DNA of 64,000 bases, taken from positions 224,001 to 288,000 of the forward strand of contig JAHPZE010000003.1 of assembly GCA_019058365.1 (NCBI GenBank). Reading direction: 5' to 3'. This DNA is from Promethearchaeota archaeon. GTDB lineage: Archaea > Asgardarchaeota > Lokiarchaeia > Sigyniarchaeales > SOKP01. Shown here piece after piece: positions 9,861 to 19,631 of this stretch. The notes beneath the pieces were generated by a model that searched no databases, had not been told where the DNA came from, and saw only the letters and a list, made by a program, of their open reading frames with translations. The translations under genes were made by a program, and so were the position numbers. How positions within the stretch are numbered: the stretch's first letter is position 1; every line of letters starts with the position of its first letter.

Positions 9861-10697
9861 TTAAATAAATTTCATTAAATGATTTTTAGTTTCGGGTGAA
9901 AATAATAGACCATCTTTTTTATCATCTTTAAATCTTTTAATAGCTACATCTAAATATTCTTTATTCAAGTCAATTCCAATGAAGTTTCGGTTCAAAATAC
10001 TACATACAATCCCAGTAGTACCTGACCCCAGAAAAGGGTCTAATACCCAATCACCCTCATTCGAAGAAGATGATATTATTCTATTTAATAATTCTAGTGG
10101 TTTTTGAGTTGGATGTTTACCAAATTCTTTTTCATCCTTAGGTATTAAAGGAATTGACCAAACACTCCTCATTTGTTTATCCCTATTTTTCAATTTATCT
10201 TTAGGGTTATTCCAAACCTTCATTTTCTCATAATTAAATGTGTGGTTTGAGTTTTTTGATTTACGAGTCCATAATACTATTTCATGACTATGTGTAAAGT
10301 ATTTACATGATAAATTAGGTGGAGCATTCGGTTTATACATAACAACATCATTAATAATATCATAACCATTTTTCTCTAATAGATAACCCACTTTGTATAT
10401 AATATGTAAAGTTCCTGAAACCCATAAGCTACCATTCTTCTTTAAAATTCTTCTGCTAGCTTTTAACCAAGAATCTGTAAAATTAATATCTTCATTGAAA
10501 CCTTTCGATTTATCCCATTCCCCTTTATTAACTGAAACCATCTTGCCTGATTTACATGTCACTCCATCATTTGATAAAAAGTAGGGGGGATCAGCATAGA
10601 TTAAATCAAATTTATTACTTTCAAATTGATTCAGTATGTCTAAAGCATTTCCATGATACAAAATAAAACTTTTCTCTTCAAAATAAGGATTTATCAT
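9861..10697 (-). CDS. Beta-class N6-adenine DNA methyltransferase (DpnA/MboIB-like), orphan
   Basis: DPPY precedes DPFLGSGTT (beta order). HPTQKP motif. The segment DPPYFLSNDGVTCKSGKMVSVNKGEWD resembles DpnII-system B-type MTases. Confidence 0.9.
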   Translation of the reverse strand: MINPYFEEKSFILYHGNALDILNQFESNKFDLIYADPPYFLSNDGVTCKSGKMVSVNKGEWDKSKGFNEDINFTDSWLKASRRILKKNGSLWVSGTLHIIYKVGYLLEKNGYDIINDVVMYKPNAPPNLSCKYFTHSHEIVLWTRKSKNSNHTFNYEKMKVWNNPKDKLKNRDKQMRSVWSIPLIPKDEKEFGKHPTQKPLELLNRIISSSSNEGDWVLDPFLGSGTTGIVCSILNRNFIGIDLNKEYLDVAIKRFKDDKKDGLLFSPETKNHLMKFI

Positions 10698-10858
10698 GTT
10701 AAAGTAAATTTATCTCTGAAATTATGTATAATTCAATCGAACTGGTTAAGAAAATATAATATCTTTTAATTATTAACTTTAAAGTTTAATATTAACAAAC
10801 ACTTAATATTCATGTAAGAAAATCGTTAACTTATTCAAAATGCATTAGAGATTTAAAT

Positions 10859-11800
10859 ATGATAAATAAACAAAGATTTGAAGAGTTATTTAGCCAACAT
10901 GTTATTAAAGACATTTCTGAAGAACAAATTGATATAGTTCTTTCAGGACAATATGGTAAAGCATTAGAATTATTAAGAGATGCAGAGGCAACTGGATTAT
11001 TTCCTGCTTTAGTTGGCCCTCCGGGAGTTGGAAAAACTATTTTATGTCGATATTTTGCTGGTCTAAGGGCAAAAGAGAAGAAAAATAAGAGTTTTTATTG
11101 GTTAACTATGGATGAGAGTATAAAACCTTCTCATTTTGTTGGATCTTTTGATCCAGCAATTACATTAAAGAAGGGATTTGTATTAGAAGCTTTTAACCCC
11201 GGGCCATTATTAAATGCAATGCTAGAAGGAGGTACTTTCCTAGCTAATGAAATTAATAGAGCTACAGAATATTCTCAAAATACATTACTAGAGCCCCTAG
11301 AGGAAGCTTCTATAGGTATTCCCCACTTAGGGCGAATAAGAGCAGATAACGATTTTTTCTTTATATGTGCGATGAACCCCGAAGAATTATCAGGAACTCA
11401 TCGCTTATCTGAAGCTTTAAAAGATAGAATAAAAGTTTGGATCAAATTAACCTACCCAGATAAATCCACAGAATTAGATATCATAAGAATAAATCTACCA
11501 GAACATTTCATTATTGAAGAATCTGAATTAGAATTAATTTATTCAATTATTAAAGAAACTAGACAAAATAAAATCGATATTGAAATACCCGCTTCTATAA
11601 GAGCCGGAATTGCTATTGCTAAATTATTAGCAAGAAAAAGACTAGTAGAAAAAGAAAAAAAAGTGAAAGAAAAAGAATCTGTATATGTTTATCTCTCAGA
11701 AATTGCCCGTCATGTTTTATTGGGAAGTTTAAAACCTAAACCCGGAGTAAAAGTCGAAAATATTATAGAGAATATTATTCATAAGACCTTAGGAGGGTAA
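10859..11800 (+). CDS. MoxR-family (CbbQ/YehL/CoxD-like) AAA+ ATPase
   Basis: Walker A GPPGVGKT, GPLLNAM, Walker B FLANEINRA, AMNP sensor, ALKDR arginine finger and lid PASIR. Confidence 0.9.
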   Translation: MINKQRFEELFSQHVIKDISEEQIDIVLSGQYGKALELLRDAEATGLFPALVGPPGVGKTILCRYFAGLRAKEKKNKSFYWLTMDESIKPSHFVGSFDPAITLKKGFVLEAFNPGPLLNAMLEGGTFLANEINRATEYSQNTLLEPLEEASIGIPHLGRIRADNDFFFICAMNPEELSGTHRLSEALKDRIKVWIKLTYPDKSTELDIIRINLPEHFIIEESELELIYSIIKETRQNKIDIEIPASIRAGIAIAKLLARKRLVEKEKKVKEKESVYVYLSEIARHVLLGSLKPKPGVKVENIIENIIHKTLGG

Positions 11801-11805
11801 AATTA

Positions 11806-14295
11806 TTGGGAGTTTTTCCTGAAAACCCATGTGAATTTAGTGTGGAGTTTATTAGAAGGATGAGAAATCATCCAGATATAATCCAAATGCCCTCTCCACG
11901 GCAAGTCTTATCAATACCAAATTTAATCGTATCAAGATATTATCGTAAAGGATCTATTACTCCAAATGATTTTATTGAAATTAGTACTGTTACCTCGTTT
12001 CCAGATAATCAAAATTTAGCGAAAGACATTGCCTTTGAGATTCTCTTTCCAAATTACAAGAAAGACTTAGTGAAATCATTCTTTGTTGAGGGTGAGAATG
12101 ATAATTTTGAGGATGAAATGAAAAACTCTGAAATCAAATCGGAATTAGACCAATTGCAAGATATTATAGATGAGATCGAATTTTCAAAATCATTTGATAC
12201 AGACATGATTCAACAATTAGAAGCGTTTATGGAACAATTAGATCAAAAAAGGTATGAAGAACCATATAAATCAGCGCTTAATTTCTTTAATGATGATTCT
12301 GAGTTATATAAAGAAGAAATAACCTCATTTGAAAAATTGCTTGAAGAAGCAAGGAACCGAATGCTACAAAAAATAAATTCTTTAGATCCTAAGGATCTTA
12401 AAGCTGGTACTAACCTAGGATTAAATGAATTAGTGCAACAACAATCTTTAAGAGAATGGGAAAAAGTTACTAGTAAAGCTTTAAATAATCGAAATATTGA
12501 GAATGATTTAAAAGAATTGTTAAAATCAGGAAGTTTAGAAGATTTACTTCAATCTTTGAAATTTTTAAATGAAACTAATGCCATTTCTAAGGAACAATTA
12601 GAAAGTCTAAAAAAAGAACTTCAAAATAAGATTGGTAATTTAGATCAATTATTTCAATCGGCAAAACACTTAGGTGAAACTCCCAATTTTGATCATAATC
12701 AAGTTTTAAACAATAGTTTAAATCAATCTTCATTTGAACATAACTTCAATTTAGCAAATTCACTTGACCAATTTTTTGGCACTAATCTAAGAGGTTCATT
12801 ATTAGATACTTTTGATCAACAGAATAAAAATTCCCAAATGAGTCTTTCACTTGAAACTTTAACAAAAACTGCATTTACAAACAAATCATGGAATTCGCTA
12901 TTTAATCAAGCATTAAAGAATGCAATAAAGGAAGCAAATTCTCAAAATAAAAAGAATGAGGCTTTTAAATCACTTACACATCAATTACAACAACTAATGA
13001 ATAGTTGTCAAAATATGCACTGTAGTCAAAAAATGGCTCAAAACATTCCAAATCTCATGACTTTAACTTTAGACTCTTGCGACACCCCCTCCCACCTAAG
13101 AAATGCAACCGAATTTTTAAGAAAAATAGGTTTAAACCCAACATCAGAAGATATTGAAAAGATTGGAAAGAAACTTCAAATGCCTGAGGATGAAATTTTT
13201 GAATTAGTTGAACCCACTTATCAATTGTTAAAAAAATTAGTGGAAAATAAAAAAGCAGATTTTCAAAGGTTAAGTAATTTAATGAATCAAATTCAAGATC
13301 AGTTAAATTATGAGAGGATAAAAGAATTAACTGCTAGTGCGTTAGCTTCTGATAATAGAGATGCTTTAGGAGCATTAGGAAATTTTAATTTAAGTGATGC
13401 TTTAAAAAGTGCTCAACAAATTGGAGGTCAAGAAGGCGAGAATAAGATGATTTCTTGTTTATCTGCTGGTAGTGGAGAAAATTTACTTAAACAATGGTTT
13501 ATTCATCGCAAAAATCTGCCAGAAACAACTAAACAACAAGTTAAAGAATTAGCAAAAAAAATGTTAATTGAATTAGGCATTTATTATTCACGAGCACGTT
13601 TAGGCAGTTCTACAACAGGACCGATCCCAATTAATATAGTAAGACCTTATTCGATTGGGGATGATTTTGAAAATATTGATCTTGAAGAAACGCTTTATAA
13701 TATATTAGAAAAAGGTAAAAAATTAGATCATATTGAATATGACGATTTTTATGTTTATGAAACTGCTAAAGGGCTTCGAACTACTTGTTTTGAACTAGAT
13801 ATTTCAGGTAGTATGACGGGGGATAAACTTGCTTATATGAGTATCTGTGTAACGATGTTATGTTATGGAATGCGTAAAGATGAACTTGGAATCGCTTTTT
13901 TTGAATCAAATACTCATGTTTTGAAAGGATTGGATGAAAAAAAAGATCTAGAAAAATTAGCAGATGAGCTACTTTCTGTTACTGCCCAAGGGGGAACAAG
14001 AATACAAAGTGCCGTTGAATGGGCAAATAAACAATTCAAGGAACACTCTAATTCACGTGAAAAATTAAACGTATTGTTTACTGATGCTGAACTTTTCGAT
14101 ATTAAAGAAGCTCTGGTAGAATTTAGGAAAATGCGCTCTTTAGGTGTTGATTTCATATTAGTGTGTCCAGAAGCTTCGTATAACTTAAAAGAAGCTAAAA
14201 AAATAGTAAAAGTTGCTGGAGGACAATTACTCACTATAAAAGATTGGAATGAATTTCCAAAATTAATTTCAGAAATAATTAAATCAAGATTTTAA
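11806..14295 (+). CDS. VWA-domain partner of the AAA+ ATPase, with N-terminal AAA-lid-like domain and long helical middle
   Basis: C-terminal MIDAS DISGS...GGT...LFTD, preceded by IDLEETL. Starts 5 nt after the AAA gene. Confidence 0.85.
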   Translation: MGVFPENPCEFSVEFIRRMRNHPDIIQMPSPRQVLSIPNLIVSRYYRKGSITPNDFIEISTVTSFPDNQNLAKDIAFEILFPNYKKDLVKSFFVEGENDNFEDEMKNSEIKSELDQLQDIIDEIEFSKSFDTDMIQQLEAFMEQLDQKRYEEPYKSALNFFNDDSELYKEEITSFEKLLEEARNRMLQKINSLDPKDLKAGTNLGLNELVQQQSLREWEKVTSKALNNRNIENDLKELLKSGSLEDLLQSLKFLNETNAISKEQLESLKKELQNKIGNLDQLFQSAKHLGETPNFDHNQVLNNSLNQSSFEHNFNLANSLDQFFGTNLRGSLLDTFDQQNKNSQMSLSLETLTKTAFTNKSWNSLFNQALKNAIKEANSQNKKNEAFKSLTHQLQQLMNSCQNMHCSQKMAQNIPNLMTLTLDSCDTPSHLRNATEFLRKIGLNPTSEDIEKIGKKLQMPEDEIFELVEPTYQLLKKLVENKKADFQRLSNLMNQIQDQLNYERIKELTASALASDNRDALGALGNFNLSDALKSAQQIGGQEGENKMISCLSAGSGENLLKQWFIHRKNLPETTKQQVKELAKKMLIELGIYYSRARLGSSTTGPIPINIVRPYSIGDDFENIDLEETLYNILEKGKKLDHIEYDDFYVYETAKGLRTTCFELDISGSMTGDKLAYMSICVTMLCYGMRKDELGIAFFESNTHVLKGLDEKKDLEKLADELLSVTAQGGTRIQSAVEWANKQFKEHSNSREKLNVLFTDAELFDIKEALVEFRKMRSLGVDFILVCPEASYNLKEAKKIVKVAGGQLLTIKDWNEFPKLISEIIKSRF

Positions 14296-14301
14296 AAAAG
14301 A

Positions 14302-16656
14302 ATGGTAAAAAAATCAATATCAAGTCTTATAATTGAGAAATTTGGTTTAAATTTATATCAAAAATCACTTAAATTTCTTACAAGTAAAGTTAATATTATT
14401 GAAATTCAAGAAGATCCAATACTAATTAGAAGTCTTATTTTAGATTATGAACGTGAATTTCATCTTATAATTGATAATAGGAATAATGAAATTTTTCATG
14501 ATTGTCCCGCTTTTCTTATTCATTCAGAAAGAGAAAAAAAAATTTGCATTCATTTAATAAAATTGTTATTAGTTATTAGAGATTCCCTTGCTCAAAAAAT
14601 CATAGAAGATTTCAACAAATATAATTTGACTTCAGAAGATTTAGGTTCAAAGAAGAAAAGTAAGAACTTTAAGTTATTAGCAAATCTTTGTTTTGAAAAA
14701 AACAATTGTGTAGAAGCATTAAGTTATTTGAATAAAGCAGTTATCAATCAATTCGATAGTGAAAAAATTGTAGAATCGTTCTTGAATACAGCAATTAATA
14801 ATAATTTATTTATTGAATTCTTTGAATTTTTAGAGAATGGGTATGAAAATGAATTAGAAAATTACTTTTTGAACTTCAATGATAATATCGAAAGAGGGTT
14901 TAAAAGATTTTTAAATACAATACCAAGCTACTCGTTTTTCAACATTCTTAAAATTATTGAATCTATCGATAAAATATCAGAATTTAAAGATATTTCTTTT
15001 ATTGCTTCATATTTCGATAAATTAAAGGAGTTAGTAAATAGTTCCGATTTAAACTCTAAATATTTTTCAATTTATTTTATAAAAAAGAATTATGAAAAAT
15101 TAATTATGAAAAATCAAGCATTTAAGGACTTAATTTCTGAAGCTCAACTAAATTATATAAAAACCAAACTATTAACATATTTTTTTTCTGAAATTGATAA
15201 TTTCTGCATAATCGAGAAATTAAAATTATTGAAAAAGCAATTTAAAGTAATAAATATTCCAAAAGAAAAATTCTATGATAAGTATAAGAATTATAAAATA
15301 GAAGTTCAAGAATTGGAAAGAAAAGTATATCTCAAAAAATTTGCATTTTTAAAGTTACTGATTGAAAAATATAACATAAAAAGAACAAAAGGAGAATTTA
15401 AAAAAAAAAGAAATACTTATGTTGTAAAACACGATGAAGCTAATTTAAAGAATCCTGTTTATAATTATATTATTTCTCGCATTGGCTTTTTTGGATTAAA
15501 TGATCAGACTATAAAATCTTCCGAAATTGGCATCAATTATTTCATAATGAAAGAAATATTTTTAGATGATTTAAGCAGTTTTCAAGATGTGTTCTATTAT
15601 AGACAACAGTTTTGGGGTGAATTGGATAATTATGAAATAAAATCAATTGAAGGGTTAACTTTATCGAGTGAAAGTATAGAATACAGTTATGATGTTGAAC
15701 ACGAATTTTCTGATGATGTAATGATTATAGAATGGAATTTGGCAAATAAACCAATTCAAGGAAGTATAATCAATGCATACAGTTCTCAAATTATAATTCC
15801 TGATTATAATAACCCACTTTTTCATGATTTAAAACCATTTGATTTGTGTTATTGTAAAAAAACTCCTGTAAAAATTGAGAGTAACATAATTAAAACTGTA
15901 AATGTAATTAAAAAATGCTCATTTAAAGAGGCTATTGAGAATATTTCAAAAGGAATGGAATTCATAGAAGGATATTACAGATTATCATTAGTTAAAGCAG
16001 TACTAAATAAAGAAATTGATCCATTTTACGCTCATGAAATAGTAGTTAATAACCAAAATAGAGTTTTTGTCCCTAAATACAATGCTTTCATTAAGGCTTT
16101 TAACGAATTTTTATTTGACTTTATCTTTAAAGAAAGAGATTATATCTTTGAAGAATTAATAACAAGTGTTGAACATAATACTAATCAAATTTTAACTTTA
16201 TTAAATTTGAATAATGAATTAGCAGGGTTAGATTTGCCCTACAATGAAATTTTAAAGGATTGTATTTATCCAAATGTTAAATTAAAAGAGTTCAAATCAA
16301 GATTTTTAAATAAAATCCATTCCATTATAAAAAATATTTTAAAAGAACGTGAACTTGGAACCACAATCTTTTTTGACTTGAAAAAATTACGGCATACTCC
16401 ATTCTTTAAATACTCTAATGAAATTCTTGAAATTAGAAAAAAAGAATTTGAATCTATAGAAATTCACAGATTTATTGATAATAATGAGGTGCTTTATGAG
16501 ATATCTGAAATTTATAAGACATATTATGGTAAAAAATTCTTAAATATTCTTCAAGTAAAGGATCTACTAATTTTAAAACCCGAAAAATTTAAAAAATTTC
16601 ATGATATAAGTTCAAAATTAAATCTAAATGTTAAGATTGTAAATTTAGACAATTAA
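14302..16656 (+). CDS. SWIM-type zinc finger protein, otherwise unknown
   Basis: N-terminal HDCPAF-x10-CIH, a SWIM-like pattern. Starts 6 nt after the VWA gene. Confidence 0.65.
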   Translation: MVKKSISSLIIEKFGLNLYQKSLKFLTSKVNIIEIQEDPILIRSLILDYEREFHLIIDNRNNEIFHDCPAFLIHSEREKKICIHLIKLLLVIRDSLAQKIIEDFNKYNLTSEDLGSKKKSKNFKLLANLCFEKNNCVEALSYLNKAVINQFDSEKIVESFLNTAINNNLFIEFFEFLENGYENELENYFLNFNDNIERGFKRFLNTIPSYSFFNILKIIESIDKISEFKDISFIASYFDKLKELVNSSDLNSKYFSIYFIKKNYEKLIMKNQAFKDLISEAQLNYIKTKLLTYFFSEIDNFCIIEKLKLLKKQFKVINIPKEKFYDKYKNYKIEVQELERKVYLKKFAFLKLLIEKYNIKRTKGEFKKKRNTYVVKHDEANLKNPVYNYIISRIGFFGLNDQTIKSSEIGINYFIMKEIFLDDLSSFQDVFYYRQQFWGELDNYEIKSIEGLTLSSESIEYSYDVEHEFSDDVMIIEWNLANKPIQGSIINAYSSQIIIPDYNNPLFHDLKPFDLCYCKKTPVKIESNIIKTVNVIKKCSFKEAIENISKGMEFIEGYYRLSLVKAVLNKEIDPFYAHEIVVNNQNRVFVPKYNAFIKAFNEFLFDFIFKERDYIFEELITSVEHNTNQILTLLNLNNELAGLDLPYNEILKDCIYPNVKLKEFKSRFLNKIHSIIKNILKERELGTTIFFDLKKLRHTPFFKYSNEILEIRKKEFESIEIHRFIDNNEVLYEISEIYKTYYGKKFLNILQVKDLLILKPEKFKKFHDISSKLNLNVKIVNLDN

Positions 16657-17855
16657 TTCTTATTATAATCTTCAAATTGTAATTTTCCATAAACAGCATC
16701 ATGACCTGGTATAAACCAGAATTTATCTTTCCGTATTTTACAAATTGCTTCCTTTAGATCCTCAGGGATTCCATCAAAATTACTCTTTCCTTCCCATATT
16801 GCATATTCGCTGCAATTTTGTGCAAGCAATCTTTGATATATTGATATGTTCCCTCTATCATATACAGATCCTCCTAGAACAATTGAAATTAAATCCAATA
16901 AGGGGACAATATACTGAAAATTTAATTTGAAAAGATTTTTTTGATCACTTAATTCTTGAACTCGAGCTAATACACCTTTAGTAAGTTTTTTTTTACAGAA
17001 AGGACAAATGTCAATATTAAGTTTAGGACTGCAGAAATAATCTTTTTTGTCAATGTGTCGTTCTGATCTATGGCCATCATAATAATATTTGTCCTGTGAT
17101 GGTTTAAACTCATAAGTCTTAACAATTTTATTTTTTCTAATCGAATCGATTAAGTTTTGGTAATTAAGTTTATTCAAATCAAAAATTGTAGCCTCTCTTC
17201 CTAATCTATGAAAATTGGTAGAATGACTGTCAGAATTAGATATTATAGAAACTTTGTTAAACTCTGAAATACCTCTGATCATTAATGGATCTGCACTTAA
17301 TCCCGTTTCAATAGAATTTATATAATTTATTCCAGTTCCTAAAGCATCTTCCATCGTATTAAAGTGAGAGATATCTCCAAATAACCCAAAATATGGGGTA
17401 AATATGTGAGCAGGTATTATCTCAATATCCTTATCTATTGATTTTAAATTAAAAATAAGCTTTTCTGGAGAATTATAAATTTTGGGTCTCCCTTCTTTAG
17501 CTAGGTTGCCAAATTGTGAAAATAATTCAATCGATTCTTCTACTTTTTCAAAATTTGGAAAAAGAATAATGAAATGAACTTTTTTGATTTTTGAATTGTT
17601 TTTCCAAATAGCTTCAACTTCAGTTTGTAATATAAAATTAACATCTGGCACTTTTGGAGTATAGAAAATTCCGTTTGAAGTTTCTATTAAATTACTTTTT
17701 AATTCATTTAACCATAATGGATGAAGACAATCACCCGTTCCAACTAATTGAATCCCTTTAATACTACAAATATAAGCTATTTTAAAAGTGTTAATGTTTT
17801 TACTTGCTCCTGCTGAGAATTTACTATGAATGTGTAAATCACAAATCTTATACAT
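16653..17855 (-). CDS. endoQ: Endonuclease Q family PHP-domain DNA repair nuclease
   Basis: DLHIHSKFS, GTGD, PAHIFTP, ETGLSAD, SNSDSHS..LGREA and CPFC..KGV..RV.EL.D motifs. Confidence 0.85.
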   Translation of the reverse strand: MYKICDLHIHSKFSAGASKNINTFKIAYICSIKGIQLVGTGDCLHPLWLNELKSNLIETSNGIFYTPKVPDVNFILQTEVEAIWKNNSKIKKVHFIILFPNFEKVEESIELFSQFGNLAKEGRPKIYNSPEKLIFNLKSIDKDIEIIPAHIFTPYFGLFGDISHFNTMEDALGTGINYINSIETGLSADPLMIRGISEFNKVSIISNSDSHSTNFHRLGREATIFDLNKLNYQNLIDSIRKNKIVKTYEFKPSQDKYYYDGHRSERHIDKKDYFCSPKLNIDICPFCKKKLTKGVLARVQELSDQKNLFKLNFQYIVPLLDLISIVLGGSVYDRGNISIYQRLLAQNCSEYAIWEGKSNFDGIPEDLKEAICKIRKDKFWFIPGHDAVYGKLQFEDYNKN

Positions 17856-18091
17856 CTTTCTAGAGTTGATTTTATTGAAACTTGTTATACTTTTTCAATC
17901 AATTTATTTAAAATCATAAATAAAATTAGAATTAAAAATAAATATAGATTAAGTCCGCATTAATGGTAATTCTTATTTAATAATGAAGTTAGAAAATATT
18001 TTTCTAACAGTATTTTTATTATTTAGCATAAATTTTATTTACGTAGAATCTGAAAGTTTAATTGATAACAATTAAACAAAATTATAAACAT

Positions 18092-19372
18092 ATGAAAAAA
18101 AATAATTTCCAACACCCATCAAAAGATATTGTTGAAAGTAAAGGTACTATACTTAGAGGAAAAACAATCTGTATGTGCTTAACAGGTTCGGTAGCTGTAA
18201 TATCTTCTCCAATTGTAGCTCGAGAACTTATGAGAATGGGAGCGGATGTATTATGTGTTATGTCTAAAGCTGCAACAGAATTAATAAATCCATCCTTAAT
18301 GGAATGGGCAACAGGAAATAAAGTTATTACTAAATTAACTGGAGCTGTTGAACATGTTTATCTTGCGGGGGATAGACCTAGAAGTGTAGGGAAAGCTGAT
18401 TTAATTTTAATATGCCCCGCAACTGCTAATACAATTTCAAAAATTGCACATGGAATTGATGATACGCCAGTTACAACAGTAGCATCAACAGCATTTGGAT
18501 CTTCTATACCAATTGTAATTGTCCCTGCTATGCACGAAAGTATGTACAAACATCCCATCTTAGAACAGAATGAGATGAAATTGCGTAATTGTGGTGTTGA
18601 TATCCTAGGTCCTAGGATTTCCGAAGGAAAAGCTAAAATCGCTAGAATTGATGATATAATTGATAGAGTAATTGATTTATTAATATCTAAGAAAGATTTG
18701 GAAGGAAAGAAAATACTTATAACAGCTGGGCCAACTAGAGAAGCAATAGATGCAGTTCGGTTTGTTTCAAACAAATCATCAGGAAGAATGGGTATCGAAT
18801 TAGCTAAAGAAGCTTCTGCTAGAGGCGCTGATGTATTATTAATTGCCGGAGAATGTTCGGTAAAACTTCCAGATTATATAAACATTAAACACGTTGTTTC
18901 TATTGATGATTTTATAAAAACTGTTAAAGAGGAAATCTCATATAATAATTATGATTTTTTCATTTCATCAGCAGCTATAAGTGATTATAAACCAGTTGAA
19001 TGTATTGAAGGAAAAATATCATCTGATAATGTAGAAGAATTGCATGTTAATATGACTTTAACACCGAAGATAATCGATGTTGCAAGAAAAAAAGATTATA
19101 ATTTATTTATTGTTGCATTTAAAGCTGAAACAAATGTTTCTAAAAGTGAATTAATTGAACGTGCGTATAAAAGACTCGTTAAATCTGAAGTTGATTTAAT
19201 TGTGGCAAATGATATTGGTCGAGATGATATTGGTTTTCGCAGTAAATACAATGAAGTATTTATTATTGATAAAAAAAAACATATTACTCATGTAGAGAGA
19301 AATACTAAAAGGTATATCGCATCTAAAATAATTGATGTAGCTATAGAGACCTATCAAACGAGAAATTCTTAG
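18092..19372 (+). CDS. coaBC: Bifunctional phosphopantothenoylcysteine decarboxylase/synthetase
   Basis: TGSVA, PATANTISK, PAMHESM, ITAGPTRE.ID.VRFVSNKSSGRMG, AAISDY and FKAET motifs. Confidence 0.97.
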   Translation: MKKNNFQHPSKDIVESKGTILRGKTICMCLTGSVAVISSPIVARELMRMGADVLCVMSKAATELINPSLMEWATGNKVITKLTGAVEHVYLAGDRPRSVGKADLILICPATANTISKIAHGIDDTPVTTVASTAFGSSIPIVIVPAMHESMYKHPILEQNEMKLRNCGVDILGPRISEGKAKIARIDDIIDRVIDLLISKKDLEGKKILITAGPTREAIDAVRFVSNKSSGRMGIELAKEASARGADVLLIAGECSVKLPDYINIKHVVSIDDFIKTVKEEISYNNYDFFISSAAISDYKPVECIEGKISSDNVEELHVNMTLTPKIIDVARKKDYNLFIVAFKAETNVSKSELIERAYKRLVKSEVDLIVANDIGRDDIGFRSKYNEVFIIDKKKHITHVERNTKRYIASKIIDVAIETYQTRNS

Positions 19373-19631
19373 ATTTATAGTATAGAGTCTATTTTAAAGA
19401 CTTATTTTGAAGACTCATCAACTTTTTTTATAATTTATAACCTAATGATAATATTTAAATATTAAATTATTTACTCTAAGAAATGAAGAAAAAATTAAAG
19501 TTTGAGCAGATAAAGAATACCTAGAAATTAGAACTAATGGTAAAGATTGTATTATTTTAATAATTAGTTTAGGAATAAAAGTATATATATTAATAATTTG
19601 TTTTAATAAAGATTGATTAAGAAATTACTTT

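Noticed and set aside
10775-10786. Perfect palindrome AACTTTAAAGTT between divergent genes
   Set aside because: Nearly all A/T in a very AT-rich genome and no second copy recognised, so chance cannot be excluded.
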